In this document: positions 26,762 through 38,385 of the stretch, one piece after another | How the letters are laid out: every line of letters starts with the position of its first letter | Numbering within the stretch: position 1 is the first letter of the stretch | DNA from: Bryobacteraceae bacterium | GTDB lineage: Bacteria; Acidobacteriota; Terriglobia; Bryobacterales; Bryobacteraceae | Assembly (NCBI GenBank): GCA_035631275.1 | Contig: DASQJA010000083.1 | Coordinates: 1-52,581, forward strand | Direction: 5' to 3' | Length of the DNA stretch: 52,581 nt | Notes under the pieces: generated by a model | Seen by the model: only the letters and a program-made list of their open reading frames with translations | Database searches by the model: none | Told to the model about the DNA's origin: nothing | Made by a program: the position numbers and the translations under genes

Positions 26762-29329
26762 TTATTTCAGGTTGCCGACCAGGAACAGCGTGACGATGTC
26801 GCGCTGGAACGAGTATGCGTACGCCGAGCCGTCGGGAGTCATCGCGACGTCCAACATGCGGACGCCAACGGGATCGGGAGGCTGGAGCGTTTTCCATGGC
26901 TCTTGGCGGCCACTGGAAACTTCCATGCGCGTGATCTTCATTGAGTAAGGCTTGTCGAGTTGGCGGAGATACAAATAGCGGCCATCGCCGCTCCAGCGGA
27001 TGACGGTTTGGTCGGGATCGATGGGAGGGAGTGTCTTCGGTTCTCCGCCCGCGAGTGGAACCAGCGAGAGCTTGCCGGCTACGGCTACGGTGACGTACTT
27101 TTCATCAGGAGAAACCGCGCTCGCCGGGGTGCCTTCCGGTGTAACCGGTGTAGGCTTTCCTCCACGCACATCCTGTACGAAGGTGCGGGTCCCGTGATTC
27201 AGCTCATTTCCAGTGAAGAGAATATGGAGGCCATCGGGGAACCATTCGGAGGGTCCATAGTGGATGCCTTCGGTGGAAATGGATCGCGCTTCGCCCGCAC
27301 CGGTGGGCAACAGAGTGAGGCGCGTCTGCGGTCCCTCGCTAACCACACAGCTCACCCATTTCCCATCGGGCGACAGCGCAGGATAGTTTCCATCGCCGAG
27401 ACGGATGGCAGGCGATCCGTCGGTTTTGCGAAGGTAGATCGCGGCGTTGCGTTGATGCACATTCGACGATTCGACAAACAAGATGGACCGGCCGTCGTTC
27501 GAAATATCGTAAGCATGCGAGGCGTCGAACCAAGAAAGGTCGGCTTCCTGCTTAGCGCCGGGAGCGAGAGTGGAAATGCCGATACGCGAGTCTTCTGTGG
27601 TTGCGAGCACCCGTCCATCGCGCGAGACATCGTCCATAGCCATCATTGCGGGAGTTTCGACCAGCATGCGTTCTTTGTTATCGAGCGACACTGCTCGCAA
27701 ACCGGGGTTGACGCCATCTTTGCCAGCAGCCCCGAACCAGACTTCGTTGCCCTTCGGCGACCAAGCGAGGTGCTGCGATGCGCGCCAGCCGCGAGACAGA
27801 ACGCGCTTCTTGCCGTGCAAATCGAGCACAGTTACAGCGAAGTCGCCGATGGCATCGTCATAGTCGAAAAAGACCAGAAGATCGCCTTTGGGCGAGACGC
27901 GCAGATCGTAGGGCGGACGGCCTTCCTTCTCGTAGAGCACGCTGCCGATGGGATATTCGATGCGAGTGCGGCCTTTGACGGTGTGCGAGACGGCGAGCTG
28001 GGCACCATCGGGAGACCAGTCGGCATCGTTGACGTTCTCGAGAACTTCGCGGGGCGCGCCGCCTGAGAGCGGAACGCGCGCAAGTGTTCCCGAACTGCCG
28101 AGCGACTCGCCGATCAGAATCGCCATTTCTCCGGTGGCGCTGATCGAAAGGATGCGGCCTTCGGGTAGATCGAGCGAGCGCGACTCGCGGCTGCCGGCGC
28201 GCATGGAAAAGATGGTCATGGGTTCAGCGCCCCACTGACCGCTGAAGAGTATGGTCTGGCCGTCGGGCGAGAAGCGCGCGGCGGCGACGTCTCCACGCCG
28301 GTAGGTCAAGCGTTCGAAGGTCGGCTGTGGGGAGCGTAACGCGCGCCAGCCGATAAAGGCTCCCGCGGCGACCGCCAGCAGAATGAGCGCGGTCCAAACC
28401 AGGATGCGCCAGCCGAACCTAGCATTGACTGGTTTTGCTTCCGCCTCGGAACTTGGCGCTTCGAGATCTTGGAGAACATCTTCGAGCGCAACCTTTACGT
28501 CGGCCATGTTCTGCCAGCGGCGCTGAGGATCTTTTCGCAGGCATCGCAGGATGATTCGCTCCAGCTCGCGCGGGACGTGATCTTCATCGGGACGCATCGG
28601 CGCGGGATCTCGGTGCAGAACGGAGGCGAGGGTTGAAAGCTTGGAGCCGCCCGGAAAGGCGCGGCGACCCGTCACCATTTCGTAAAGCATCGCGCCGAAG
28701 GAGAAAATATCGGAGCGCGCGTCCACTTTGTGCCCGTCAGCCTGTTCGGGCGACATATAGGCGACTGTGCCCATGATGGTGCCAGTCTCTGTCTCTGCTT
28801 TTATGTGAACGCTCTCGGTGGCGGCATAAGCATCGGGCTCTTCGATTTGCGTGAGCTTGGCCAAACCGAAGTCGAGGATCTTCACGCTGCCCTGCTCGTC
28901 GACGATGACGTTGCCGGGTTTCAAATCGCGATGAACGATTCCGACTTGATGAGCGGCTGACAGACCGTCAGCGACCTGGACGGCGTAGCGAAGCGCATCG
29001 GTCGAACGCAGGCCTTTGCGGCCGATCATCTGATCGAGCGTCTTGCCGGCCACGAACTGCATGACGATGAACTCGACGCGCTGGCCGTCGACTTCGGTAT
29101 TGTCCACGTCGTAAATCGTGATGATGTTGGGGTGACTTAGCGCCGAAGCCGATTTAGCCTCCTGTTCGAAGCGCGCGCGGCGTTCGGGGTCGCCGACAGC
29201 GGAAGAAGGCAGAACTTTAATGGCGACTGGGCGATCGAGGTGGGTGTCGAGCGCGCGATACACCACGCCCATCCCGCCGGCTCCCAGTTTGGCTTCAATC
29301 CGGTAATGCTGCAGAATTGCGCCAATCAT
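26762..29329 (-). CDS. Ser/Thr protein kinase with TM helix and periplasmic TolB-like (WD40-like) beta-propeller
   Basis: 855 aa with LGAGGMGVVYRA...AIKVL, HRDLKPGNVIV, DFGLAK and GTVAYMSPEQ. TM WRILVWTALILLAVAAGAFIGW. Repeated SPDG/DG blades follow (FSPDGQ, WSPDGA, VSPKGD, WSPKGN, LSPDGK, VSPDEK). Confidence 0.9.
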   Translation of the reverse strand: MIGAILQHYRIEAKLGAGGMGVVYRALDTHLDRPVAIKVLPSSAVGDPERRARFEQEAKSASALSHPNIITIYDVDNTEVDGQRVEFIVMQFVAGKTLDQMIGRKGLRSTDALRYAVQVADGLSAAHQVGIVHRDLKPGNVIVDEQGSVKILDFGLAKLTQIEEPDAYAATESVHIKAETETGTIMGTVAYMSPEQADGHKVDARSDIFSFGAMLYEMVTGRRAFPGGSKLSTLASVLHRDPAPMRPDEDHVPRELERIILRCLRKDPQRRWQNMADVKVALEDVLQDLEAPSSEAEAKPVNARFGWRILVWTALILLAVAAGAFIGWRALRSPQPTFERLTYRRGDVAAARFSPDGQTILFSGQWGAEPMTIFSMRAGSRESRSLDLPEGRILSISATGEMAILIGESLGSSGTLARVPLSGGAPREVLENVNDADWSPDGAQLAVSHTVKGRTRIEYPIGSVLYEKEGRPPYDLRVSPKGDLLVFFDYDDAIGDFAVTVLDLHGKKRVLSRGWRASQHLAWSPKGNEVWFGAAGKDGVNPGLRAVSLDNKERMLVETPAMMAMDDVSRDGRVLATTEDSRIGISTLAPGAKQEADLSWFDASHAYDISNDGRSILFVESSNVHQRNAAIYLRKTDGSPAIRLGDGNYPALSPDGKWVSCVVSEGPQTRLTLLPTGAGEARSISTEGIHYGPSEWFPDGLHILFTGNELNHGTRTFVQDVRGGKPTPVTPEGTPASAVSPDEKYVTVAVAGKLSLVPLAGGEPKTLPPIDPDQTVIRWSGDGRYLYLRQLDKPYSMKITRMEVSSGRQEPWKTLQPPDPVGVRMLDVAMTPDGSAYAYSFQRDIVTLFLVGNLK

Positions 29330-29438
29330 CGACGTGTCCGAGGAGTCTATTTTATCACCCTAAGACGCGATACTCAGATGAAACCTTTCGGAGAAAAATG
29401 TCTAGCGAAGGTGCGAAAGCCGGAACTTAGAGGTGGTG

Positions 29439-32400
29439 CTACGATGCGGCTGCGACGCGCGCGGGCTTGCGGCGCAGGCCGGCCCACCATGAGCTGAGGC
29501 GATCGAGATACAGATACATGACAGGCGTGGTGTAGAGCGTGAACATCTGGCTAAACAGGAGGCCACCGACGATGGCGATCCCGAGAGGGCGGCGGATTTC
29601 AGATCCATTACCGGTGCCGAGCGCCATGGGCAGGCCGTTGAGCATTGCGGCCATCGTGGTCATAGTGATGGGACGGAAGCGCAGGACGCAAGCCTGGTAG
29701 ATGGCTTCCGCGGCGGTCAAACCTTCGCGTTCGGCTTTCAAAGCGAAATCGATCATGATAATCGCATTTTTCTTGACGATTCCGATCAGAAGGATGATCC
29801 CGATTAAGGAAATGACGTTCAATTCATTCTTGGTGGCGAGCAAAGCAAGCAGAGCGCCGACGCCGGCGGAGGGAAGCGTCGAGAGAATGGTGATGGGGTG
29901 GATCAGACTCTCGTATAGCATGCCGAGCACTAGATAGACGCAGACCAGCGCGGCGGCGATCAGGATCGGTTCGTCGCTGAGCGAGTCCTGGTAGGCCTGC
30001 GCGGTGCCGTTGAAACTGCCGCGAATCGTGGACGGCATGCCGATCTTGCGTTCAGCCTGCTCGATCAACGGAACGGCGTCGCTCAGCGCCGTACCGACAG
30101 GAAGATTGAACGAGATCGTGGCGGATGGAAACTGTCCCTGGTGATTGACGGAAAGCGGCGCGGTATCCGAAACATAGTGCGTGAAGGCGCTGAGCGGGAC
30201 CTGTTTTCCGGTGGAGGATCGGACGTAGGTGTAGCGCAGGCCTTCCGGGTTCTGCCAGAAGACAGGATCGGCCTCCATGACGACGTGGTATTGCGCGAGT
30301 TGTGTGTAGAGGGTAGAGACCTGGCGTTGGCCGAAGGCGTCGTAAAGGGTGTCGTCGATCAGTTGCGGCGAGATGCCGAAGCGCGCTGCGGTGTTGCGAT
30401 CGATGACGAGATTCGATTCGAGTCCTTTGTTCTGCTGGTCGATGTTGACGTCGGCGAGCTGCGGTAGGGTTCGCAGGACTTGGAAAACTTGAGGCGCCCA
30501 GAAATTAAGATCGCTCACGTTGTCGCTTTGCAACGTATACTGATACTGCGCGCCTACGATACGGGTTCCGATGCGCAGAGTCTGGATGGATTGAAGGAAA
30601 ACGCTGGCGCCCGCAACGCGCCCGAGGCGAGGGCGCAAACGGGCGATGACCTGGTCGGCATTGGCTTTATCCTTGCGCTCGGCGATGTCTTTCAACGTGA
30701 TGAACATGCGCGCGTTGTTGATGCCCGCTGCGCCGCCGCCTCCTCCTCCGCCGAGAAAGGCCATTACATTCTCGATGTCGGGATCCGATTGAATGATGTC
30801 CGACGCTTGTTGTACTTTGCCGCGCATGGAACCGAACGATGTCGCCATGTCGGCCTGAATCTGGCCGGTCATGCGCCCGGTGTCCTGCTGCGGGAAGAAA
30901 CCCTTGGGGATCGCGACGTACAAGTACATCGTGAGCGCAATGGTGCCGAGCGTGACGGCGAAGGTGAGAGGCTGATGGCGCAGCACCCAGCGAAGGGTGG
31001 CGCAATACATGCGCGCGATCAGGTTGAAGCCACCCTCGCTGAAACGGTGGAGCAGCCCGTGACCGCCTTTGCGTTCGTGCCGAAGAATGCGGGAGCACAT
31101 CATGGGGGTAAGGGTGAGCGATACAAAAAGAGAAATTATGATGGCTGCCGAAAGAGTGAAGGCGAACTCGCGGAACAGGCGCCCGACGTAACCTTTCATG
31201 AGGAAGATCGGAATGAAGACGGCGTTGAGCGAGATGCTAATGGACAAGACTGTCGGGCCGATTTCCTTGGCGCCCTCGAGCGCAGCACGCATCGGCGTCA
31301 TTCCGTGCTCGATATAGCGGGTGATGTTCTCGATGACTACGATGGCGTCGTCGACGACGAAGCCAGTGGCTATGGTGAGGGCCATCAGCGAAAGATTGTC
31401 CAGGCTGTAGTGGAACAGGTAGAGAACGCCGAATGAACCGGCTAGTGAAAGCGGAACCGCGATGCTGGGAATAAACGTGGTACGCGGGCTGCGCAGGAAG
31501 ATGAAAACGACCATGATCACGAGACTGATCGAGATCAGGAGGGTGATTTCAACGTCGTGCACGGTAGCGCGGATTTGAGTGCCTCCGTCGAGCAGCATGG
31601 CCAAGTGGAGCCTGGGAGGTACAGCGGCCTGGAGACGCGGCAACACTTTGTAGACGCGGTCGACCGTTTCGACGACGTTCGCCCCGGGTTGCTTAAAAAT
31701 GAGCATCACGATGGCAGGCTTTCCATTGGCCCAACCTGCGGTGCGGATGTCCTCGATGGAATCGGTTACGCGAGCGATGTCTGAGAGTTTGACCGCGCCC
31801 CCGTTTCGATAGGCGACGACAAGCGGCGCGTAGTCCTTGGCCTTCATGAGCTGGTCGTTGGTGCTGACCGACCAGTTGCGCGCGCCGAGGGCGATGTCGC
31901 CCTTAGGACGATTCGCATTGGCCGCGGCAAGATAGGTGCGGACGTCTTCGAGGCTAAGTCCGAAAGTGTTCAGCAGCGTCGGATTCAAGTCGATCCGGAC
32001 GCCGGGAAGCGAGCTGCCCTGCACGAAAACCTGTGCGACGCCGTTCACCTGCGCAATCTTCTGTTGGAGGATGCGGATGGCAACGTCGTACATTTCGCCC
32101 TGACGCATGGTGTCGGAGGTCAAGGCTAGGAATAGGATGGGCGTATCGGCCGGGTTGTTTTTACGCCAGAAGGGATTTTGCGGCAGCGCGGCGGGGAGTT
32201 GGCTGCGGGCTGCGTTGATGGCGGCCTGGACGTCGCGGCCGGCGGCATCAATGTTGCGGCTCAAATCGAATTGCAGGCTGACGCCGGTGGATCCGAGCGA
32301 ACTCGAAGACGTCATTTCGTTGACGCCCGCGATGTGTCCGAGCTGGCGCTCGAGCGGTGTGGCGACCGATGATGCCATGGTTTCGGGGCTCGCGCCGGGG

Positions 32401-32552
32401 AGCGACGAGTTGACGCTAATGGCGGGATAGTCTACTTGAGGCAGCGGCGCAATCGGCAGAAATGGATATGCAATGACGCCGGAGAGCCCGATGGCGACGC
32501 AAAGCAAAGTGGTTGCGACCGGACGCTCGATGAATGGCGAGGAAAGGCTCAC
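29439..32552 (-). CDS. mdtC: RND multidrug efflux permease, MdtC-like
   Basis: 1037 aa. N-terminal [14 protein letters not shown]...[42 protein letters not shown] 12-TM RND layout, second of two tandem permeases. Confidence 0.85.
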   Translation of the reverse strand: MSLSSPFIERPVATTLLCVAIGLSGVIAYPFLPIAPLPQVDYPAISVNSSLPGASPETMASSVATPLERQLGHIAGVNEMTSSSSLGSTGVSLQFDLSRNIDAAGRDVQAAINAARSQLPAALPQNPFWRKNNPADTPILFLALTSDTMRQGEMYDVAIRILQQKIAQVNGVAQVFVQGSSLPGVRIDLNPTLLNTFGLSLEDVRTYLAAANANRPKGDIALGARNWSVSTNDQLMKAKDYAPLVVAYRNGGAVKLSDIARVTDSIEDIRTAGWANGKPAIVMLIFKQPGANVVETVDRVYKVLPRLQAAVPPRLHLAMLLDGGTQIRATVHDVEITLLISISLVIMVVFIFLRSPRTTFIPSIAVPLSLAGSFGVLYLFHYSLDNLSLMALTIATGFVVDDAIVVIENITRYIEHGMTPMRAALEGAKEIGPTVLSISISLNAVFIPIFLMKGYVGRLFREFAFTLSAAIIISLFVSLTLTPMMCSRILRHERKGGHGLLHRFSEGGFNLIARMYCATLRWVLRHQPLTFAVTLGTIALTMYLYVAIPKGFFPQQDTGRMTGQIQADMATSFGSMRGKVQQASDIIQSDPDIENVMAFLGGGGGGGAAGINNARMFITLKDIAERKDKANADQVIARLRPRLGRVAGASVFLQSIQTLRIGTRIVGAQYQYTLQSDNVSDLNFWAPQVFQVLRTLPQLADVNIDQQNKGLESNLVIDRNTAARFGISPQLIDDTLYDAFGQRQVSTLYTQLAQYHVVMEADPVFWQNPEGLRYTYVRSSTGKQVPLSAFTHYVSDTAPLSVNHQGQFPSATISFNLPVGTALSDAVPLIEQAERKIGMPSTIRGSFNGTAQAYQDSLSDEPILIAAALVCVYLVLGMLYESLIHPITILSTLPSAGVGALLALLATKNELNVISLIGIILLIGIVKKNAIIMIDFALKAEREGLTAAEAIYQACVLRFRPITMTTMAAMLNGLPMALGTGNGSEIRRPLGIAIVGGLLFSQMFTLYTTPVMYLYLDRLSSWWAGLRRKPARVAAAS

Positions 32553-35500
32553 GCTTCGGCTCCGGCTTCTTCGGGATCGGTAACAGAAACGCGCCGGCGG
32601 CTCAATCGGCGGGCGATCCGATCGAACGTCAGGTAAACAACCGGCGTAGTGTAGAGCGTGAGGAGCTGGCTGAAGATGAGTCCGCCGACGATGGCGATTC
32701 CGAGCGGACGGCGGAGCTCCGCGCCTGTGCCTGTACCGAGAGCGAGCGGAAGGCCTCCGAACATGGCCGCGAGCGTGGTCATGACGATGGGGCGGAAGCG
32801 AAGCAGCGCGGCCTGGTAGATGGCGTCTGACGACGCTAGGCCATCTTTGCGTTCGGCTTCGAGAGCGAAATCGATCATCATGATCGCGTTCTTTTCGACG
32901 ATTCCGATCAGCAGGACGATTCCGATCAGTGCGATCACACTGAAGTCGTTGTGCGTGATCATGAGCGCGAGCAGCGCGCCGACGCCGGCGGAGGGGAGCG
33001 TGGAGAGGATGGTCAGAGGATGGATGTAGCTTTCGTACAAAACGCCGAGGACGATGTAGACGGTCACCATCGCGGCGAGAATTAGGATCGGTTCGTTCGC
33101 GAGCGAGGCCTGGAAAGCCGCTGCAGTGCCTTGGAAGGCGCCCGCGATGCTGGCCGGGAGTCCGAGTTCTTCCTTGACGCGATTGACGGCCGAGACTGCG
33201 TCTCCGAGCGATTTTCCGGGCGCGAGATTGAACGAAGCCGTCACCACTTGAAACTGGCCCTGGTGGTTGATGGCTAGCGGAGCGGTGCTTTGATCAAAGT
33301 GCGAAAAAGCGTCCAAGGGGACTTCCCCGCCCTGCGAGGAACGGACGTAGATGTTTTTCAGATCGTCGGGTCCACGCTTGAGATCGGGTTTGATTTCGAG
33401 TATGACGCGGTACTGATTTAACTGCGTGTACATGGTGGTGATCTGACGCTGGCCGTAGGCGTCGTACAGCGTGTCGTCGATCATTGTGGGCGTGATGCCG
33501 AAGCGCGAAGCGGTGTTGCGATCGATAGTGAGCGCGGCTTGCAGCCCACCGGAGGAGCGGTCACTGGCGACGTCGCGAAGCTCGGGTAAGCCTTGCAGTC
33601 GCGCGATGAAGCGGGGTGCCCATTCGTCGAGCTCTTTGGAGTCCGGGTCCTCGAGGCTGTACTGGAACTGAGTGCGGCTAACGCGATCTTCGACGGTGAG
33701 GTCCTGAACCGGTTGCAGAAAAAGCTGGATGCCGCCGATCTCGGCCACCTTAGGGCTTAAACGGCGAATGATATTCGTCGCGTCGATGCCGCGATCTTCG
33801 AGCGGCTTGAGATTGATCTGGATGCGGCCGGAATTTACAGTAGTGTTCGTGCCGTCAACGCCAATGAAGGACGAAAGGCTCTCGACCGCCGGGTCGTCGA
33901 GGATCGTGCGAGCGAGCGACTGCTGGCGTTCGGCCATCGCCGAAAACGAAATCATTTGCGGGGCTTCTGAAATTCCGAGGATGACGCCAGTGTCTTGAAC
34001 TGGGAAAAATCCTTTGGGGATCAGGATAAAAAGCCAGATTGTGGCGGCCAGCGTAGCGATGGCGATGAATAGTGTCAGGGGCTGAAAGCGCAGCGCGACT
34101 TGCAGGGTTTTTCCGTAGAAGGCGATGATTCCCTGGAAAACCCGTTCGGAGAACTGATACAGCCGTCCCTGCTCCGATTCCGGCTTGTGTTTCAGCAGAC
34201 GTGCGCACATCATCGGGGTAAGCGTGAGCGAGACGAGCGCGGAAATGAGGATCGTGACGCTCAGCGTTACAGCAAATTCGCGGAACAGGCGGCCAACAAT
34301 GTCGCCCATGAAGAGCAGAGGAATCAAAACCGCGATGAGCGACACGGTGAGCGAGAGGATGGTGAAGCCGATCTGCTCGGCGCCTTTGAGCGCGGCGGCC
34401 ATTGGTGTTTCCCCGTCTTCGATGTAGCGCGCGATGTTTTCGATCATCACGATGGCGTCGTCCACAACAAAGCCAGTCGAGATGGTGAGCGCCATCAGAG
34501 TGAGATTATTCAGGCTGAAGCCGAGCAGATACATGGCGCCGAAGGTGCCGACCAAAGAGAGCGGCACGGCTACGCTGGGGATGATGGTTGCGGCGAGCGT
34601 GCGGAGGAAGAGGAAGATTACCATCACGACCAGCGCGATGGTGAGCATCAGCTCGTATTGCACGTCCGCAACCGAAGCACGAATGGTTGTTGTCCGGTCA
34701 GTGAGAATCGCCACGTCGACAGCGCTCGGCATGGACGCGCGAAGCTGAGGCAGCAAACGCTTTACGCGGTCGACGACGTCGATGATGTTGGCGCCCGGTT
34801 GGCGCTGAATATTCACGATTACGGCAGGCAAGTTGTCTTTCCAGGCCGCGAGGCGAACGTTTTCGGCGTCGTCGATCACGGTAGCGATGTCGGAGAGTGA
34901 AACCGGACGGCCGTTGCGATACGCGACGATCAGCGGGCGATAATCGGCGGCGCTGAGAAGCTGATCGTTGGCGCCGATGGTGTAGGAATTTCTCGCGCCG
35001 TCGAAGGTTCCCTTGGCTTCGTTGACATTCGTGGCGGCGACGGCGGCGCGGAGGTCTTCCAGGTTCAGGTGGTAGGAAGACAACGCCATCGGATTGGCTT
35101 GAATCCGGACGGCAGGCTTTTGGCCGCCGCTGATGGTCACGAGGCCGACGCCGGGAACCTGCGAGATTTTTTGCGCCAAGCGCGTGTCGGCGAAGTCCTC
35201 GACCCGAGAGAGCGGAATGGTTTTTGAAGTGAGAGCGAGCGTGAGGATCGGTGCGTCAGCCGGATTCGTTTTCGCGTAGATGGGCGGGTTGGGAAGATCT
35301 TTCGGAAGGAAGGTTGCGGCGGCGTTGATGGCGGCTTGCACCTGCTGCTCCGCCACGTCGATGTTCAGGTCGAGAATGAACTGCAGTGTAATGACCGATG
35401 CGCCCGATGAACTGGTCGACGTCATTTGATTCAGGCCGGGGACCTGGCCGAATTGACGTTCGAGCGGCGCGGTCACGGACGACGCCATCACCTCGGGACT

Positions 35501-35662
35501 CGCGCCCGGGTAAAACGTGATGACTTGGATGGTGGGGTAGTCGACCTGAGGTAACGCAGAGACGGGCAGTTGGCGGTAGGCAACGGCGCCGGTGAGCAGG
35601 ATGCCTGCCATAAACAGCGAGGTCGCAATCGGCCGGAGGATGAATGGCCGCGAGGGGCTCAT
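32549..35662 (-). CDS. mdtB: RND multidrug efflux permease, MdtB-like
   Basis: 1037 aa with [20 protein letters not shown]...[41 protein letters not shown]. It has 4-nt overlaps with both neighbouring genes. Confidence 0.85.
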   Translation of the reverse strand: MSPSRPFILRPIATSLFMAGILLTGAVAYRQLPVSALPQVDYPTIQVITFYPGASPEVMASSVTAPLERQFGQVPGLNQMTSTSSSGASVITLQFILDLNIDVAEQQVQAAINAAATFLPKDLPNPPIYAKTNPADAPILTLALTSKTIPLSRVEDFADTRLAQKISQVPGVGLVTISGGQKPAVRIQANPMALSSYHLNLEDLRAAVAATNVNEAKGTFDGARNSYTIGANDQLLSAADYRPLIVAYRNGRPVSLSDIATVIDDAENVRLAAWKDNLPAVIVNIQRQPGANIIDVVDRVKRLLPQLRASMPSAVDVAILTDRTTTIRASVADVQYELMLTIALVVMVIFLFLRTLAATIIPSVAVPLSLVGTFGAMYLLGFSLNNLTLMALTISTGFVVDDAIVMIENIARYIEDGETPMAAALKGAEQIGFTILSLTVSLIAVLIPLLFMGDIVGRLFREFAVTLSVTILISALVSLTLTPMMCARLLKHKPESEQGRLYQFSERVFQGIIAFYGKTLQVALRFQPLTLFIAIATLAATIWLFILIPKGFFPVQDTGVILGISEAPQMISFSAMAERQQSLARTILDDPAVESLSSFIGVDGTNTTVNSGRIQINLKPLEDRGIDATNIIRRLSPKVAEIGGIQLFLQPVQDLTVEDRVSRTQFQYSLEDPDSKELDEWAPRFIARLQGLPELRDVASDRSSGGLQAALTIDRNTASRFGITPTMIDDTLYDAYGQRQITTMYTQLNQYRVILEIKPDLKRGPDDLKNIYVRSSQGGEVPLDAFSHFDQSTAPLAINHQGQFQVVTASFNLAPGKSLGDAVSAVNRVKEELGLPASIAGAFQGTAAAFQASLANEPILILAAMVTVYIVLGVLYESYIHPLTILSTLPSAGVGALLALMITHNDFSVIALIGIVLLIGIVEKNAIMMIDFALEAERKDGLASSDAIYQAALLRFRPIVMTTLAAMFGGLPLALGTGTGAELRRPLGIAIVGGLIFSQLLTLYTTPVVYLTFDRIARRLSRRRVSVTDPEEAGAEA

Positions 35663-36984
35663 GGAGATGTTGCGCCCTTGCCGCCTCGGCCGGCGCGTGG
35701 CGCGGCGGGGGGCGTGGCATCCGGAGGCCGTGCGTTGGGCCTGGCGGAGGCCGTCGCGGCACCGGGCAGAGGAGATCCCGCACCGGCTTTACGAACCACG
35801 ACCTTGCTTCCCTGCTCGAGTTTGTCGATGCCGTCGATGACCACCAGGTCGCCGGGATCGAGTCCGTGATCAACCGCGACTTCATCGCCCTCAGTGACGC
35901 TGGTAGCGACGTTTTTCACCTCGACCGAGTTGTCTTGCTTCACGCGATAGACGAATGCGGAGGTCGGGCTGTGTTGCACGGCCGCGGTGGGGACGATGAG
36001 CGACTGGTGCTTAGTGTCGATGAGCAGGCGAGCGTTGACGAATTGATTGGGGAATAGCGACAGGTCCGCGTTTTCAAACACGGCCTTGAACCGGACGGTT
36101 CCGCTGGCTTGATCGATCTGGTTGTCGAGGGTAAGCAGAGTGCCTGCGCCAAGTTTGCGCTTCAGCTCGCGGTCATATGCGATCACAGGAAGCTTTGCAC
36201 CGCTGCGCAGTTTGGCGTTCACGGCGGGAAGGCTATCCTCAGCGATGTTGAACAAAACAGCGATGGGTTGAAGCTGCGTGACGACGGCCAAACCACCAGT
36301 GTCGGTGGCGTGAACGATGTTGCCGCGATCGACCAGACGCAAACCGATGCGGCCGGTGAGTGGAGACACGATGCGGCTGTAGACCAATTGCAGCTTTACA
36401 TTGTCGATCTGCGCCTGATCGGCTTTGACGGTCGCCGCGTACTGGGCGACCAGCGCGACCTGGGTGTCGAGCTGCTGCTTGGGAACGGCATCCTGACCGA
36501 CCAGAGTCTGATAGCGTTCGAGATCGAGGCGCGCGTTGGCGAGTAAGGCTTCATCGTGCGCCTTTTGAGCTTCGGCAAGGGCGAGTTGGACGTTGAACGG
36601 GCGCGGATCGATTTCAGCGAGAAGGTCTCCTTGTTTGACGAAATCACCTTCCTGAAACGCGACGTTGACCAATTCGCCGTCAACGCGAGTGCGGACCGTA
36701 ACAGTGTTGAACGCGGTCACCGAGCCGAGGCCATCGAGGTAGACGGGCATATCGCCGCGTCGTACTTCGGAAGCAACCACGGGAACCAGTCGCGGCCCCG
36801 AACCGCCGCGTCCTTGGGGTGCAGCTTTAGCCGGAGAGGCGCCGGGAACCGCACGAATCCAGTTGTCTTTGCGCGGCCAGGCCCAAAGCGCGGCGGCCGC
36901 GAGAACTATCAGGACGAGCCACGGCCATAACTTTCGCTTGCGAGCTACTAGCCGGGATGCGGTCGGCGACTCGACGGGGACCAT
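35659..36984 (-). CDS. mdtA: RND efflux periplasmic adaptor (membrane fusion protein), MdtA-like
   Basis: 441 aa. TM anchor, a barrel-sandwich/hairpin pattern ([42 protein letters not shown]...), and a Pro/Ala-rich C-terminal tail. Confidence 0.85.
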   Translation of the reverse strand: MVPVESPTASRLVARKRKLWPWLVLIVLAAAALWAWPRKDNWIRAVPGASPAKAAPQGRGGSGPRLVPVVASEVRRGDMPVYLDGLGSVTAFNTVTVRTRVDGELVNVAFQEGDFVKQGDLLAEIDPRPFNVQLALAEAQKAHDEALLANARLDLERYQTLVGQDAVPKQQLDTQVALVAQYAATVKADQAQIDNVKLQLVYSRIVSPLTGRIGLRLVDRGNIVHATDTGGLAVVTQLQPIAVLFNIAEDSLPAVNAKLRSGAKLPVIAYDRELKRKLGAGTLLTLDNQIDQASGTVRFKAVFENADLSLFPNQFVNARLLIDTKHQSLIVPTAAVQHSPTSAFVYRVKQDNSVEVKNVATSVTEGDEVAVDHGLDPGDLVVIDGIDKLEQGSKVVVRKAGAGSPLPGAATASARPNARPPDATPPAAPRAGRGGKGATSP

Positions 36985-37053
36985 AAGACAGCTTTAAAGC
37001 AGTGTATGTACACGTCCTGGACAAAGTCAAGCGCGCTTTTCCATGTTGTGGTC

Positions 37054-37083
37054 TTGACAATCTGGCTTCAGGCGACCTACATT
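37054..37083 (+). promoter_or_regulatory. candidate sigma70-type promoter of marR in the marR/mdtA divergent region
   Basis: TTGACA (37054-37059), an 18-nt spacer, then TACATT (37078-37083). The GTG at 37092 would make the transcript nearly leaderless. A nearby inverted repeat GTGTA-TG-TACAC (37002-37013) is a possible MarR operator. Confidence 0.3.
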
Positions 37084-37091
37084 GATCGACA

Positions 37092-37568
37092 GTGCAATCG
37101 AAAACGGGGCGCGTGGTAAAAGCCGGTAAAGAAGAATGCCGGGCGCTGGAAATCTGTTGCGTTTCTTATAATCTCCGGAAATCGGCGCATATTGTCGGCC
37201 GAATTTACGAGAAAGAGATGGCGGACGCGCCGATTCGCGGGCCGCTCTTCAGCTTGCTGGCGTGCATTCAAAAGCTAGGTCCGGGGTCGATCACTGCCGT
37301 GGCGAACGACCTTGGTCTCGATCGTACGACCCTTACCCGGAATTTGAAGCCGCTCACCAGGCGGGGGCTGGTCGAAGTTCGGCAAGTGACGGCGAATCGC
37401 AAGGAGATCCGGCTGCGGCCCAAGGGGGAGGCAGCGCTGCGCAGGAGTCTGGATTGCTGGCGGAAGGCCCAGAAACGTGTCGTCGACGCGCTGGGCGAGG
37501 ACCGGTGGAATCGCATGCGCGAGGATTTGCGCGTGGTGATGGCGCTGGAGAAATCGGACGAGGGGTAG
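37092..37568 (+). CDS. MarR-family transcriptional regulator
   Basis: 158 aa. Winged-helix segment SITAVANDLGLDRTTLTRNLKPLTRRGLVEVRQ. Divergent from the RND operon. Confidence 0.8.
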   Translation: MQSKTGRVVKAGKEECRALEICCVSYNLRKSAHIVGRIYEKEMADAPIRGPLFSLLACIQKLGPGSITAVANDLGLDRTTLTRNLKPLTRRGLVEVRQVTANRKEIRLRPKGEAALRRSLDCWRKAQKRVVDALGEDRWNRMREDLRVVMALEKSDEG

Positions 37569-37613
37569 CGACGCTCGCGTCATTCTGACTGCGCATACGG
37601 CTAGAATTAAAGC

Positions 37614-37859
37614 GTGAACGGTAACGGAGAGAACGGTGGCAACGTTGAGCGGCGTCTCACGCGGCTGGAAGAGTTCGTCGAAGTTCTCACAAGCGAGCAC
37701 ATTCAATTCGCCGAGGAGCACAAGCGGCTGCTGACGGCTCAGGTGGTACTAACTGACGGAATGGACAAACTCGCCGAAGCTCAAGAACGCACCGAGGCGC
37801 ATCTGGACGTGCTCACGCGCACGATGGATGCGTGGATCAGGCGGAACGACCGTCAATAG
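37614..37859 (+). CDS. small coiled-coil hypothetical protein
   Basis: 81 aa with a GTG start. Heptad-like VERRLTRLEEFVEVL...LAEAQERTEAHLDVLTRTMDAWI. No family recognised. It overlaps the GNAT gene 3' end by 7 nt (convergent). Confidence 0.4.
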   Translation: MNGNGENGGNVERRLTRLEEFVEVLTSEHIQFAEEHKRLLTAQVVLTDGMDKLAEAQERTEAHLDVLTRTMDAWIRRNDRQ

Positions 37860-38362
37860 ATTTCATGACTGGGAGAGTCGGGGCGGTTGAAATATTGTGA
37901 TCGAGTGATCGCGTATCGCAGCAGCGGAACTCCGTCCTTAACGTATTCGGTTTCCTTCGCAAGTCGGATTTTTTCCATTACACGAACGGAAGCGAGATTC
38001 GCTGGCCGAACAATGGAGATGAAGCGATCAATCGTCGATGTTTCGAAGGCGTGACGTAACGCAACGCGCGCGGCTTCCGTGGCGAGACCACGTCCCCAAT
38101 AGCGCGGTGCAAGCCACCATCCAATTTCCGGAACATCCTCCGACAGTCCGACGCCGCAGAAGCCGGCAATTCCCGAGCCGCCTTTCAAAGTGAGCTTCCA
38201 TCTACAGTAGCCTCGTTCTTCGTAGAGTTGGACCTGCCGCTGCACGAAGTCTTGGATTCGCTCGTCGTCCCAGGGAATGCCGCCGTTGATGTAGCGCATC
38301 ACTTCGGGATCGGTGGCAATCGGACGGAAATCCATCCAATCTGAGATCGCCCACGGAGACAA
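37853..38362 (-). CDS. GNAT-family N-acetyltransferase (RimJ/RimL-like); true start probably upstream
   Basis: 169 aa from a TTG start. ...GFCGVGL...IGWWLAPRYWGRGLATEAARVALRHAF.... The conserved N-terminal strand ILETERLIL is encoded in-frame just upstream (38386-38363) with no ATG/GTG/TTG. Confidence 0.75.
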   Translation of the reverse strand: MSPWAISDWMDFRPIATDPEVMRYINGGIPWDDERIQDFVQRQVQLYEERGYCRWKLTLKGGSGIAGFCGVGLSEDVPEIGWWLAPRYWGRGLATEAARVALRHAFETSTIDRFISIVRPANLASVRVMEKIRLAKETEYVKDGVPLLRYAITRSQYFNRPDSPSHEIY

Positions 38363-38385
38363 AATTAATCGCTCGGTTTCGAGAA

